From Phyllobates terribilis (lineage: Eukaryota), in the NCBI RefSeq assembly GCF_046119375.1, contig NW_027362771.1, positions 459,358,001 to 459,422,000 on the forward strand: a stretch of DNA of 64,000 nucleotides, written 5' to 3'. The notes under the pieces are model-generated. The model was not told the DNA's origin, searched no databases, and saw only the letters and a list, made by a program, of their open reading frames with translations. This document shows, piece after piece, positions 1-13,195 of this stretch. Positions within the stretch are counted from its first letter, which is position 1, and every line of letters begins with the position of its first letter. Both the position numbers and the translations under genes were made by a program.

Positions 1-280
1 GCTGAAGCAGAGTAGTGAACAGTGCAACAACATTGCTCGGGCACCTCCATTTTGGAGGAGGTGCCTTATATATGGAGGGATCCTCCGGCCATTGGCCGGG
101 GACTCCTTAGGGCGACGCGCGCGGCCCCTTTAAGAGAGGGGGAGCGCGCGCGCCCTAAGCACAGTGACCGGGGGAGAGCGGGCGCTGCAAGCAGAGCGGA
201 AGGAAGCCGCCGGGCACGGAGCAGAGAGGTGAGGGGAACATCGTCCCTGCCTAGCAGGAGGCAGGGACGCCGACGCTACA
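1..280 (-). mobile_element. U3 end of an LTR (probably Tf1/sushi group), rest of element outside window; inserted in a Tc1 transposase
   Basis: Minus strand begins TGTAGCGTC (LTR-type TG end) exactly where Tc1 coding sequence resumes at 281. TATATA at 67-72. GC-rich U3 laid out like the LTRs at 54477-59126. Confidence 0.65.
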
Positions 281-1087
281 GTGTGGTAGGAAAAGGTGCA
301 CAAGCAACCGGGATAACCGAAGCCTTGAAAGGATTGTTAAGAAAAGGCCATTCAAAAATTTAAGGGAGATTCACAAGGAGTGGACTGCTGCTGGAGTCAT
401 TGCTTCAAGAGGCACCACACACAGACTTATCCAGAACATGGGCTACAAGTGTCGCATTCCTTGTATCAAGCCACTCATGACCAACAGACAACGCCAGAAG
501 CGTCTTACCTGGGCCAAGGAGAAAAAGACCTGGACTGATGCTCTTTGGTCCAAGGTGTTGTTTTCAGATTAAAGTAAATTTTGCATTTCATTTGATAATA
601 AAGGTCCCAGAGTCTGGAGGAAGAGTGGAGAGGCCACAATCCAAGCTGCTTGAGGTCTAGTGTGAAGTTTCCACAATCAGTGATGGTTTGGGGAGCCATG
701 TCATCTGCTTGTGTAGGTCCACTGTGTTTTATCAAGACCAAAGTCAGCGCAGTCGTCTACCAGGAAATTTTAGAGCACTTCATGCTTCCCAAGCTTTTTG
801 GAGATGGAAATTTTATTCTCCAGCACAACTTTGCACCTGTCCACACTGTCAAAAGTACCAATACCTGGTTTAAAAACAACAGTATCACTGTGCTTGATTG
901 TCCAGCAAACTCGCCTGAGCTTAACCCCATAGAGAGTCTATGGGGTATTGTCAAGAGGAAGATGAGAGACATCAGACCCAACAATGCAGAGGAGCTGAAG
1001 GCAGCTATCAAAGCAACCTGTGCCACCTCCATGCCACGCCGCATTGATGCAGTAATTGAAGCAGAAGGAGCCCCGACCAAGTATTGA
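281..1087 (+). pseudogene. Degenerate Tc1 transposase
   Basis: Frameshifts and stops upstream of 650. The second catalytic Asp motif (normally QDNAP) reads QHNFAP. Confidence 0.85.
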
Positions 1088-1357
1088 GTGCATTTACTGA
1101 ACATACATTTCAGTAGGCCACCATTTCAGATTTTAAAAACATTTTTCAAGCTGTTGTTATAAAGTATTCTAATTTACTGAGATAATGACTCGTGTTTTCA
1201 TTGGCTGTGGCCATAATCATCAACATTAACAGAAATAAACACTTGAAATAGATCACTGTTAGTAATGACTCTATATAATATATGAGTTTGACTTTTTGTA
1301 TTGAAGAACTGAAATAAATTAACTTTTTGATGATATTCTAATTTAGTTAAACACCTG
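281..1357 (+). mobile_element. Tc1-like DNA transposon, 5' part displaced by the LTR insertion
   Basis: Transposase remnant (CGRKRCTSNRD at 281; DDE domain VMVWGAMS...PANSPELNPIESLW...PTKY at 650-1087). Tc1-type right end ...CACCTG followed by TA at 1358-1359. Confidence 0.9.
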
Positions 1358-1584
1358 TATATGTATAAAAATTAATCAAATAAACTAGAAAAAATACTGT
1401 AGGTACTGTATATGGATATGTTGGATCAGTTTCAGTAAAACTGATCATAATGTATTTCACTGGATGAACATATAAGCACAGTAAATATATTATTTGAAAT
1501 CATCCTCGGAATGCCACTCTGTGCTCCCAATGGCTGCATGTAAATGGCACACCCATAAGTTAGTGTCACAAAATGTAAATTGAA

Positions 1585-1996
1585 AGGGGATCTGTCAGCA
1601 GCTTTTTGCTACCTCATCTGAGAGCAACATAATGTAGACAAAGAGACTCTGAATCCGGCAAGGTATCACTTAGTTTGCTGAGTTTGAGTGCAGGAGTTCT
1701 GACACAATCAGAGCTTTTAGATGCAGCAGATCTGAAAAAGCTAATCCCACTCACACCAGGCTCTCTATGTACATAGTTTACTGTCAGTGAGCTACTTATC
1801 ACAGGAGGGGTGGAGTCAGACTAGCAAGCGCAAGCTAGCTAGTCACATCTATGTTAATGTCCTGGTGATAAAATCTTCACTGTAAGCAAACAACAGCACA
1901 TAGCCTCATAAGTGACACATCATTGGATCCAGTGTTTTAACCCCTACATCATGCTGTCCTCAGATTACATAGCAAAAACCTGGTGACAGATTCCCT
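1585..1996. mobile_element. T2/Kolobok-type MITE
   Basis: Terminal inverted repeats AGGG(G/A)ATCTGTCA; TTAA at 1997-2000 and TGAA at 1581-1584. Confidence 0.75.
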
Positions 1997-2340
1997 TTAA
2001 GGTCTATTTAACTTTGTCATTTTTTTGCAAGAGCCTAAAACTTTTATATAAATGTCTCCCTGAAGAACTATAAAGGAATCAGGGCAGAATTGCAATTTGC
2101 AAGACTAAACCAACTGCACGAGCATTCTCCAGATCACACTAGTACTACAGATATACAGATACAGCTTGTTCTTGATACTGTATTATTTCTCAGTGAACCA
2201 TGTACCTAGAAGACCTGGAAGAGAGAGAAACTATGTATCCTGGATGCTAAAGGTTGATCACTGCTGAGGCTGCACGTTTTCTTTTCGCACAAGGGGCCCA
2301 TTGTCTGATAATTACAATTGTATTCTTTGTGCTTCAACAG

Positions 2341-2482
2341 TGGGAAGCTGACTTACCTGAGAACAGAATTGCTGCAGATGTGTATGCTGAGAGGTATTGG
2401 GAACTCAAGCCAATTTCCCCTAAATCCATCTGACTTCATTGCAGCGCTGGAGAAATACTTCCCTGGGACACCTGTCGGATCA
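2341..2482 (+). CDS. Candidate host-gene exon (unidentified)
   Basis: Acceptor ttctttgtgcttcaacag, donor CA|gtaagg. Open frame GKLTYLRTELLQMCMLRGIGNSSQFPLNPSDFIAALEKYFPGTPVGS, in non-repetitive sequence. Confidence 0.35.
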
Positions 2483-2896
2483 GTAAGGAATTTCCCCTGT
2501 GTATAAGTTTAATGATAAAAACATGGCATTCTGCCTCATGAAAAACAATGAGCCTGAGACCATGTGGAATGTCGTAATGGCTTCCAAAGCCTCTAGGAAA
2601 GAGATGTTTTGGGAATAGATGGGATTCTGTGAGTATAATGTTGCAATTAGAATTTGTAGCCACATTTTGATGTCCGTGTATCAACCTGATGAAAACGGAA
2701 CTTCAGTGCAGAGCAATTAATTTTAATTGTAGTCTCCACAGCTGTGTCAACTCCGGGTGGATTAACCCTTTAGATTCCAGACGAGGCTGTCTCACATTGT
2801 TTTCCCAACCTGAACTTCTCCTATTCATAATCCACACAATAGAACTTATTAAGACTGTCGTTATCCAATCTAAAGCACGCTGCATTGAATTTATTA

Positions 2897-3298
2897 GGCT
2901 ATGTTCACATGTCCAGTACTTTTTAGTTTGAACAGATCCAGCAGCAATCTGTTATCAAAAAAGTTGTGCAGAAACAACTTTTTTGTCCACCTAAAAAAAG
3001 ACTGATTTCAACATTTGTTTTTTTAAGATTGAAGTCTATGAAAACTGATTTGTTAAATAGCCATCAATAGTTCTTTCATTTGAAAAGGATCCGTTTTTTT
3101 TTTCTTACTAGATCACTTTCAATTGGAACAAAACTGATGGCTATTTAACTGATCGGTTTCCATAGACTTCAATGTTAAAAAAAACAGGTCACTTTTTTTT
3201 GCGGAGCAAAAAGTTGTATCTTAACTTGTTAACTTTTTCTTAACGTATTGCTGCTCGATCCATTCTACCTGGTGATTATTGGATATGTGAATGTAGCC
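2897..3298. mobile_element. Harbinger/PIF-like MITE
   Basis: TIR GGCTATGTTCACAT / ATGTGAATGTAGCC; TTA/TCA flanks. Confidence 0.7.
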
Positions 3299-4185
3299 TC
3301 AAGAGTCACATGTAACTTTATAAAGTCGGTGCTTCTCTAACCGTCTGTCCATGCATTAGAAAGTCATATCCACCACACCTATGGTTTGCACTATCATTAG
3401 TTCTAGTTTTAGTTTGTGGAGTAAATTATAGTAAATTTGTTAGAAAGGCTCCATCTCTGCTTTTAAGCTACATACACCAAAAATTGATGTGAGCCGTGGA
3501 AACAAAAAATGACAAATGTTTGTGTAATTGAGCCATGCACCAAAATTTGCTACTTTTTCAGCTCCAATTCTGACACACAGCCCGTAAGAAGTTCCTCCAA
3601 ATGAATGAATGAATGAATGAAGTAACTCAATTAATTTGTCTAAAATCAATGTTTATTAATATTTATATAATAAATAATATCAATGTACCTACATGGCTCT
3701 GATCATACCCTGCACTACACAATAAAAGCAAAGCAAGAGGACAGTCTGACTACCAAATTGGAATAAAAGTACCCCAGGTTAGTAATCTAGGGTCTAGATC
3801 ACAGTAAGAAAAAAAATACTGCAATATTATGTGAATAATCCATAAATGCTGTGATCAAAGGTACCAGAAAATAAAAAAAAGAAAAAATGATTGAAACGCA
3901 ACATGCAAGACTTCATGAAAATTAGTTCAGTTTATTTATCTTACGGCAAAATGTAGTCTTCTAGTGTCCACTATTCACCCTACAGTATTGAGCTAGTATC
4001 AAGTGTTTTTTTATGAAAACTTAGATGTCGCTTCTCATTTTCTTTTTCTTTTAGAATCAATGTGAAGGAAGATGAACACAATTGTCTAGGGGTTTAGCTT
4101 TGACTCCTTGTAGACCACATGCTCGGAGAAGTGAGAGCACTTTACCTTGATGGGAATGTTTTTTTAACCTTTTTGCAGTGTCTAA

Positions 4186-4563
4186 GGCTGCGTGCCCACG
4201 TTGCGGATTACAAGCGTTTTTGATGCGGATTTTCCGCAGCGTAAACGCTTGTAAAACGCTTGTTAATCCGCACCCCATGGTCCCCAATGAGAATCCGCAA
4301 GTTCTATGCCCATGCTGCGGATTTTTCCGCAGCGTTTATGCTGCTTTCAAAAATCCGCAGCATGTTCATTAATTTTGCAATTTCCGCATGCGGAATTGCC
4401 TTATTCAATGCATGAAAAAATGCAAGGCAATTCCGCATGTCGAAAACGCGTGAAAAACTCGCGATAAACGCGTGCGGAATTCCGCATGCGTTTTTCCGGA
4501 AGAGGACATGCAGAAATGAAGCAGAAATTTTCTGCTTGATTTCCGCAACGTGGGCACATAGCC
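4186..4563. mobile_element. Harbinger/PIF-like palindromic MITE
   Basis: TIR GGCTGCGTGCCCACG / CGTGGGCACATAGCC; TAA/TGA flanks; internally palindromic. Confidence 0.7.
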
Positions 4564-5896
4564 TGACTATGTTTAGTTTTCAAGTGATTACTCAAAGTGA
4601 TCACTGCTCTATGATGCACAGAATTTACTATACAGTGAAGCATGTGCCAGAATATCACACTTTCTAAAATATGGCCAGTTAAAGGGAACCTGTCACATTG
4701 AGCATTCAGTCCTATCTGTGGGTAGCATATTTTGGAACTGGAGCAGGTTGGCAAATAATATATAGGTTTGTGGAAAAAGATTCCTCATTCAGACATGCGT
4801 GAGTTACGTATGTGTTTTATGACTGTTTTTTACGGATTGAGCATGTGCCCATTATAATAAGGGTGCATGTTCTGCTCATGTGTCCATGTTTATTTTGTGG
4901 ATTCAGTGCTCCGCAAAAAATCAGGGAGACATGTCCATTTTTGATCCAAGCCCCAGCGCAAAATTAGCCATTATTCCCATTAGTCTATTAACCCATAAAA
5001 TTCATGCACAGCGCACAGATGGCTTTTGTGTGTAATCCACATGCTGTCCGTGAATAACATTGCAAAGGGTCGGAGTAACTTTGCAATCATTTTTTTTCCA
5101 TACAAGAAAATCACTGATCAATCACTGATGGTAAAACTGACGCACGGACTAAACACTGATGAAACTCCGATGAAAAATACTGACGACATTCGGACCGTTT
5201 AGTGTGTACAAGAAAAATCACTAATTTCTGAATGAGGCCTTATTATGTACTCTTATACAGGGAAAACTGTCATTCACTAGTAAGACCACCTGTAAAGGTC
5301 ACACGGGCTGAGGTGTTCTGTTGCGACCCTATGTAACCTAAGCACCAACGACATGGGTTCCTCTGAGTGTGTGTGGTGGTGTTCACTTCTGATGTTTCCT
5401 ACTCAGGCCGCATATCCTCAGATGACACAGGAACCCTGGAGGCAAGGCATTAGCAACAAGAATTCAGTCTATTTTATAGAAAATAAAGTAAACTTTACTG
5501 GTGGAACTTGTGCAACATATAGTATATAGAGGTAGCAGGTGCAAAGCTGGTTCTTCACATCTTCTGTATTATACAGAGGTGCAGACTTAATGGTCACATG
5601 TGGTGGCACATCACTTGCTAGTATTTTAAAATGAATCGGTCAGCTGATACATGCTGCCCATGGCTGTTAGATCTCACCCAGGTATTCTTGAATCTGAAAC
5701 AATGTGGCACTTAAAAGAAAAAAGATACTTTAAAAGTGTCACACGGGAGACTAATAGGACAGGCATGTCCCCAACAGCTTCTCTTTTCCCACTGCCCTGG
5801 ATCGACAGGTTTCTGCGTACATGAGCGTGTATTGAGAGACCTGTCACTCCATACAGCGGGCAGGGAGAAGCAACCAGGGACCCGCCTGTCCAACTA

Positions 5897-7578
5897 CAAC
5901 CCCTGGCAAAAATTATGGAATCACTGGGCTCGGAGGATGTTCATTCAGTTGTTTAATGTTGTTGAAAAAAAGCAGATCACAGACATGGCACAAAACTAAA
6001 GTCAATTCAAATGGCAACTTTATGGCTTTAAGAAACACTAAAAGAAAAGAAAAAAATGTGGTACTCAGTAAAGGTAACTTTTTTCAGACCAAGCAGAGGG
6101 AAAAATTATGGAATCACTCAATTTTGAGGAAAAAATTATGGAATCATGAAAAACAAACACACAAAAGAACACTCCAATACATCACTAGTATTTTGTTGCA
6201 CCACCTCTGGCTTTAATAACAGATTGCAGTCTCTGAGGCATGGACTTAATGAGTGACAAACAGTACTCTTCATCAATCTGCCTCTAATTTTCTCTGATTG
6301 CTGTTGCCAGATCAGCTTTGCAGGTTGGAGCCTTGTCATGGACCATTTTCTTCAACTTCCACCAAAGATTTTTAATTGGATTGAGATCCAGACTATTTGC
6401 AGGCCATCACATTGACCTTATGTGTCTTCTTTCAAGGAATGTTTTCACTGTTTTTGCTCTATGGCAGGTTGCATTATCATCTTGAAAAATGATGTCATCA
6501 TCCCCAAACATCCTTTCAATTTATGGGATAAGAAAACTGTCCAAAATATCAATCTAAACTTGGACATTTATTGAAGATGTAATGACAGTCATCTCCCCAG
6601 TGCCTTTACCTGACATGCAGCCCCATATCATCAATGACTGTGGTAATTTGCATGTTCTCTTCATGCAGTCATCTTTCTAAATCTCATTGGAACGGCACCA
6701 AACAAAATTTCCAGCATCATCACCTTGCCCAATGCAGATTTGCGATTCATCACTGAATATGACTTTCATCCAGTAATCCACAGTCCACGATTGCTATTCC
6801 TTAGCCCATTGTAACCTTGTTTTTTTCTGTTTCGGTGTTAATGATGGCTTTTGTTTAGCTTTTCTGCATGTAAATCACATTTCCTTTAGGCGGTTTCTTA
6901 CGGTTCGGTCACAGACATTGACATCAATTTTCTCCCATTCGTTCCTCATTTGTTTTGTTGTGCATTTCCTGTTTTGGAGACATATTGCTTTAAGTTTCCG
7001 GTCTTGACGCTTTGATGTCTTCCTTGGTCTACCAGTATGTTTGCCTTTAACAATCTTCCCATGTTGTTTGTATTTGGTCCAGATTTTAGACACAGCTGAC
7101 TGTGAACAACCAACATCTTTTGCAACATTGCGTGATGATTTACCTTCTTTTAAGAGTTTGATAATCCTCTCCTTTGTTTCAATTGACATCTCTCGTGTTG
7201 AAGCCATGATTCATGTCAGTCCACTTGGTGCAACAGCTCTCCAAGGTGTGATCACTCCTTTTTAGATGCAGACTAATGAGCAGATCTAATTTGATGCAGG
7301 TGTTAGTTTTGGAAATGAAAATTTTCAGGGTGATTCCATAATTTTTTCCTCAGAATTGAGTGATTCCATAATTTTTTCCCTCTGCTTGGTCTGAAAAAAA
7401 TTACCCTTACTCAGTACCTCATTTTTTTTCTTGATTTATTTAAGTGTTTCTTAAAGCCATAAAGTTGCCATTTGAAATGACTTCAGTTTTGTGCCATGTC
7501 TGTGATCTGCTTTTTTTCAACAACATTAAACAACTGAATGAACATCCTCCGTGATTCCAGAATTTTTGCCAGGGGTTG
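5897..7578 (-). mobile_element. Full-length Tc1-like transposon with long IR/DR-type TIRs
   Basis: TA TSD at 5895-96 and 7579-80. TIRs start CAACCCCTGGCAAAAAT. ~250-bp inverted arms with repeated TATGGAATCA motifs. 1682 bp. Confidence 0.93.
6185..7207 (-). pseudogene. Tc1 transposase pseudogene
   Basis: Paired-like N-terminus (MASTREMSIETKERII...GRPRKT), then IFSDES, FQDDNA, WPANSLDLNPI and GGATKY motifs, interrupted by in-frame stops. Confidence 0.9.
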
Positions 7579-8389
7579 TAGTCTGCAGCAATGGTCGGTC
7601 TCCAACAGCTTTTAAAGTATGTTTTTCTCAGAAGTGCGCAGCATTTCAAAGTCAAACATACCCGGCTGAGATCATACCACCAGTGCCTGATATATGCTGC
7701 CCATGGATTGGGCAGCATGTATCAGCTGTCAGATTCCTTTTAAAGTGGATGCAGCATGTGGGATATTTTTTTTTGTACAACACTGGACAACCCTTTTAAA
7801 GGGTTTGTCTGGGTTTGGAACAAAAGTCCACAGTCACTCTTGGTGACTGCAGACTGCTGAATCGTTTCAGTGTGCAGTATGCACACTGTCAGGATTTCCC
7901 AGTATTCCCAATGCGAGCGAGCCTTCATTTGACCATATGTATGTGATTTGCATACATGCCAACTAGACTCATCTGACCTGTCTTAATTCACTTCTATTGA
8001 TCAAAGATTAGTCTAGTTGGCACTTGACCATAAAGTATGCAAATCACAATCATGCAGGTACGGGACCAACTGCTCACACTGGGAATACCAAGGAATCGTA
8101 ACAGCATACGCACTGCACGCTGTCAGTCTTCGATCACTGCCATCTTCTGTCTCAAGTTAACATGGTGAACATCAATATAACTATTATTATTATTATTTAT
8201 TATTATTACGCCATTTATTCCATGGCGCTTTACATGTGAAAAAAGGGTTATGCATAGCAAAAAACACTTACAATAGTCTTGAACAAAACAAGTCAGTGAC
8301 TGGTACAGTCATAACTTCATAAGAATGGGTGACTTAAAATTCTTCAGATGGTATTTAGTCTGATCCATGAAAATCCAGTCACTATAGAG

Positions 8390-8550
8390 CAGTGGTTCTC
8401 AACTCTAGTCTCAAGACCCACCAACAGGTCATGTTTTCAGGATTTCCTTAGTATTACAAAGGTGATGGAATTATTACCTGTGCAATACTAAAGAATTCCT
8501 GAAAACATGATCTGTTGGTGGGTCTTGAGGACTGGACTTGAGAACCACTG
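8390..8550. mobile_element. hAT-type MITE (161 bp, near-perfect palindrome)
   Basis: TIR CAGTGGTTCTCAA / TTGAGAACCACTG; 8-bp TSD CTATAGAG / CTATATAG. Confidence 0.85.
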
Positions 8551-9292
8551 CTATATAGCACCGCATTGGAGCTCAGCTCATTTATTGGTATGTCTTAGGG
8601 CTCATTCAGATGACTGTAGATTCGGTCTGAGTGCAATCTGTCAAAACATTGGATCGCACTCGGACCAATGAGGCCGTGCACGTTTTCGATTTTTCTTTCC
8701 TCTGACAACTCGCATGCACGATTTGCCACCAATTAGCTGATTGAACTTGAACATCCAAGTCTGTGGGTCTGTGAAAAAAAATCGGACATCCGAGTGTTGT
8801 CCAATTTTCACAGACTGTCACATTGGAGAAGATGGAGAAACTTTTTTTCTTCACATCTGAGAACAACGGATCCCACTCTGTACTACAAAAAAAAAAAAAT
8901 TGTTCCTTTTTTGTAGTACATTTCAGGGAATATGGCCCCCTCCAGGGCTCAGCACCCTTATCCACCCATCTTTCTCATACAGCGTTTTAATTGCGAGCTA
9001 TGCCTGGTTTCTTTTTCACTGCCCATTCAGATGACGCCTTGTTTTGCACATAGAGAGGTAGGATATATAGTGGTTAGGGACCATCCATATTAACGTGATT
9101 CGATGGCTTTTAAGATTTTTGATCAAAAAACACTATGTACCTTACGTTTTTAACGTTCACAGCAATATTGAAGTTCATGTATTCATTAGTCACAATGTGC
9201 TGATGTATCGTGTATGCAGATTTCTGATCAGAGAGTGATTAGCATAATTAGACCGTTTTTCTCACATGGTTAACATACAGACCTTTGCTTTA

Positions 9293-10054
9293 GGGCGGTT
9301 TCACACGTCTGTATATTTCCGCTACTGGAGATATCCGTGTCCCATGTGTTCGTGTGTGTCACACGTGTGGCAACCGTGTGCCGCATCAGGATCACAGGTA
9401 CCAGCACCTGGGAATCAGGGATACAGCTGCTAGTACAGCAAAATGTCCCACGCTGAACACACACACTGTTGACGCCGGTGCGGGTCCCTTCACTGAGCGA
9501 AGCTCACTGAGTGACAGGACGCTGCTCCTGAGCTCAGCGCAGCTTCGGGGCCCTCTCATTCTTCCCGGCTCCTCGGTGTCAGCGGTCAGAGGATTACAGC
9601 GGGGGACATCACCGGACAGGTGAATATAAGGATTTTATTATTTTATTCTTATTTTTACACAGGGACACTGCTGGAGCAGACACTACTACTCCCAACATTA
9701 TCTCTTGCTGATCGCAGCGCTGGCAGGGAACCATGATGAGGGCAGCGTTCAGCACCTGGCGCTTGGGAACTGCGCGAACTGTACACTGATTCCCAGGCGC
9801 CGGTATGTGTCACACTGATGACACATGGATGTCATCAGAGTGTGTTCAGCGTGGGATATTTTGCTGACCGTGCATCCGGAAAAAAACGGACATGCCAGCG
9901 TGTGGAGCACACGGACACTCGGTTCGTGGAAACACACTGACATGTGCGCAGACCTATAGATTTGAATGATTCTGCGTGTGTCAGTGTCTCCAGTACGTGT
10001 GGAAACTGTCACCACTAGTACAGGAGATACTGACGTGTGAATGTGAAAGAGCCC
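9293..10054. mobile_element. Harbinger/PIF-like MITE
   Basis: Ends GGGCGGTTTCACACGTC / GACGTGTGAATGTGAAAGAGCCC; TTA on both sides. Confidence 0.65.
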
Positions 10055-10189
10055 TTAGTGTGTCTTTCAGTGTTTGGAATAGTATCCAGCAGAATTGTGA
10101 ATGCAGCTCTAGGCTACATTACATAATATGACCAAGATTAGTACAAGATAAAGCTTTGTACTTGCAGAGCGCAGCATTTTTATATAAGA

Positions 10190-10601
10190 AGTTAAGATAA
10201 GATAAGATATACTTTATTTATCCCGGAGGAAATTGCGGTATCACAGCAGCAGAACACAGATCTCGAACATGACACATATGATAACATAACATTTGGAATG
10301 CTTTAGACATTGCTTTTCAGACATTTGTTAAACACCCCCATAGCTGTTGGAACAAACGATCTCCTGTATTTTTCCTTTTTACACCTTAGTTGTATTAGGC
10401 GATTGCTGAATGTGCTCTTCTGTTTCGCAAACAGTTCATAAAGCGGGTGTGTGTTGTTGCCCATTATAGCTCTGCACTTCTTCTTAATCCTATCCTCTAC
10501 CACCTCTTCAAAAGTCCCAAGCTGTAGGCCCACCGTCGCGCTAGCCTTCTTTATAAGTTTGCTGAAGGCTAGCGCGACGGTGGGCCTACAGCTTGGGACT
10601 T
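10190..10601 (-). mobile_element. 5'-truncated Rex1/Babar-like LINE 3' fragment with terminal fold-back
   Basis: ORF end KLIKKASATVG...HPLYELF..STFSNRLIQLRCKKEKYRRSFVPTAM resembles a Rex1/Babar RT C-terminus. (ATCTT)n tail. Family assignment from memory. Confidence 0.7.
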
Positions 10602-10624
10602 ATTGGTCATAATGGGCTGTCCAG

Positions 10625-10700
10625 TCTGACTCCTTACATCCAAATGCCCAGAACTGTACAAACATCATCTCACAAACCGTGCTGCCTTTTTTCCCTCAAG
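10625..10700 (+). CDS. Candidate host-gene exon
   Basis: cag|SDSLHPNAQNCTNIISQTVLPFFPQ|gttgtt. Phase 0 to 1, compatible with candidates 2341-2482 and 11141-11237. Splice sites are weak. Confidence 0.25.
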
Positions 10701-11140
10701 GTTGTTCTGTAGTATAATCCCTTAAAAGAATAAAAAGGACCATATGATCTAGATGCATTGCTTCCAGAAAAAATGGTGCCCGAGGTATTTACAGTTTAAT
10801 TTCAAGAAGAAAAGTTCCACATCTGTTTCATATAATAATCACAGACATCCCCAGATAGTATAATTCCTATATAAAGCTGCGGGCAGCGCTCCTCTTACTA
10901 TGCCAAGTTAATTGTGCCCAGCGGTGGCTTAAAGTGTAATGTATGCAGCATATAGCAGGAAAACAAGATTTACAGCTCATAAACCGACACCATCCAACAC
11001 TCCTAAACTATGATACAGAATAAGAGATCTGTACAATACTTTTGGGAGGTCTGAAGGGTTAATGATATTTATGATCTGTTGTACTTTATTATAAAAACAC
11101 ATTTGGGAATTAATGATTTTTTTTTCTCTTACCGTTGTAG

Positions 11141-11237
11141 AATTTAGATTCCTGACACATGGTTTACTAAAGAATTTCGGATTATTTGTTGCAGAAAGTA
11201 CAACCGTCCCTGACCGCTGTGCAAACTTTTCCATCAA
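11141..11237 (+). CDS. Candidate host-gene exon
   Basis: Strong acceptor tttttttttctcttaccgttgtag. Open frame (E)FRFLTHGLLKNFGLFVAESTTVPDRCANFSI. Weak donor gtatat. Confidence 0.3.
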
Positions 11238-11897
11238 GTATATGCTCTGAATATAAAACAGGGCAGTGAATCTCTGAGGAAGTGTCTTCGAGAGTGCAGC
11301 ATCCTGCACAAGCATTCAAAGCTATATCATCACTGTATATAAATGGCTACTTAATATATTCCAAACATCTCGAGGTTCAGGGGCACAGTCTAAATATCCA
11401 TGTAAGATGATGCACTATTTATAGGAAGTCTATCATTTTTTTTTTTGTCTACGGCGTGTTTAGTATCTGCATCATTGTCAATCCCGACATCTGATTCTGC
11501 AATCTGTGCAACACATCTTTTTAGAAGGACCAGCATTTTATTCTAAGGCCATGGCCCCTCTGTCAGTATTTGGTCAGTATTCGGTCAGTATTTTTTCTCA
11601 GAAGTGGGAGCCAAAACCAGGTGAGGAACAATCAGAGGAAAAGTATAATAGAAACAAGTCACCAATTCTGCATTTATCACCCACTCCTGGTTTTGTCTCC
11701 CACTCCTGAGAAAAAATACTGACCAAATACTGATAGTGGGGCCGTGGCCTTTAGGTGAAAAATGGACAGCACTATGACCAATATCCTTCAATTGGGCTGT
11801 TCAGATGATCGTTTTTTTTATCACTGACAAAATCCGCATGTGAAAAATATTCCATGCACTTCCATATGTCGAGTCAGACTCGCCCATTCAACTTTAT

Positions 11898-12080
11898 GGC
11901 CACGTTCACACGTTCAGTATTTTACATCAGTATTTGTAAGACAAAACCAGGAGTGGGTGATAAATACAGAAATGGTGACGTGTCTCTATTATACTTTTCC
12001 TCTGATTGTTCCACTCCTGGTTTTGGCTTATAAATACTGAGGTAAAATACTGACCAAATACTGAAAGTGTGAACGTGGCC
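11898..12080. mobile_element. Short palindromic MITE; further copies near 11545-11750 and 15620-15812
   Basis: TIR GGCCACGTTCACAC / GTGTGAACGTGGCC. Shared internal AAAACCAGGAGTGGGTGATAAAT motif in the three copies. Confidence 0.7.
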
Positions 12081-13195
12081 ATAGGTGTGCAGAAAATTTT
12101 TTATTCCATATGGATCATCCACATAACATCCGAGTTTTACAGGTACATTGCAATTCTGTAACATAGGAAACTGTAAATGTCCTGTAAATGATTAATTTCT
12201 GCTGCTGTAAAAAATAATGGACTGTATATAGACAGCTCACGGATGACAAGTAAGAAAAAAATCATGAGTTTTCTGAATAAGGCTATGATCACACTAGGCG
12301 GTTTTTGCGGCCCTGTTTTAATGCAAATTTTCAGCTGTGTTTTACAGTACCAGCAAAGGCTATGAGATTTCAGAAATCTCATGCACACACATTGGTTTTT
12401 TGTCATCAGTATTTTGTGGTTTGCATGTTTTTTTGCACAATAGAGCATGTCACTTCTTTCAGCGTTTTTTCAGCATTTTTTCTGTGTTTTTCACCCATTG
12501 AAAGTAATGGGAGGTGAAAAAACCCTGCAAAAATGTAGGTATCAAGTTTTGCAGTGTTTTTTGTGCCAAAACCTCATGAAGTTGAACAGGTAATTTAGTT
12601 GAATGTCCCGTAAGGTTTATGGACCAAGAGCATTGTAAAGCCAAAAGATGCTGAAGGACGCATCCCCGACAACTCAGCTGGGCTCTTCTAGTGTTGTGCG
12701 GCAGTTTTTCTTACCTGAGATTACTATCAAGTGTACACAGGCTTCAGAGCTGATATCTCCATGTAATCCTTTGTACCCAATACAAACCGCCATAACGTGC
12801 CCTGTAAGAACATCGAGTACTAAGGATTACATGGAGATCTCAGCTCTGAATCCTGGAAATTATTAACTAAAATCCAGACTACAGTATAAAATAGATAATA
12901 CAAAAGATTATAGCAATATGATATTCAAAGGTTAATACTGATTTTTACCACTACTATAGCATTATTGTCAAAATTAATTAATCATTATATTATAAAATTA
13001 TTAATGATTAAAATTACAACTAAATTTCCACTTTGAAAGTCATGTACAAATATGTACAAAATTGGTTAACGTTATCGTTATACTTCATGTTACGGCTGGG
13101 AAAGCGAATAATACTATTAAAGGGAAAAAAGTTACCATAGTAATTGGCCGTAAAGGAAGTTTTTTCATAAGATTTTAGAAATGTTTTTGTGACAG

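Larger units (their letters stand above)
5630..7739. mobile_element. T2/Kolobok-type MITE split by a Tc1 insertion
   Basis: ~30-bp TIRs (...GTCAGCTGATACATGCTGCCC / GGGCAGCATGTATCAGCTGTCAGATTC...); TTAA on both sides. Confidence 0.7.

Noticed and set aside
22-363. 113-aa plus-strand ORF
   Set aside because: Chance read-through from a GC-rich LTR (antisense) into the Tc1 remnant.
10638-11246. Minus-strand exon pair (11133-11246 and 10638-10720) with good splice signals
   Set aside because: The joined reading frames hit stop codons. The overlapping plus-strand pair gives a phase-consistent open frame, but a non-coding antisense transcript cannot be excluded.
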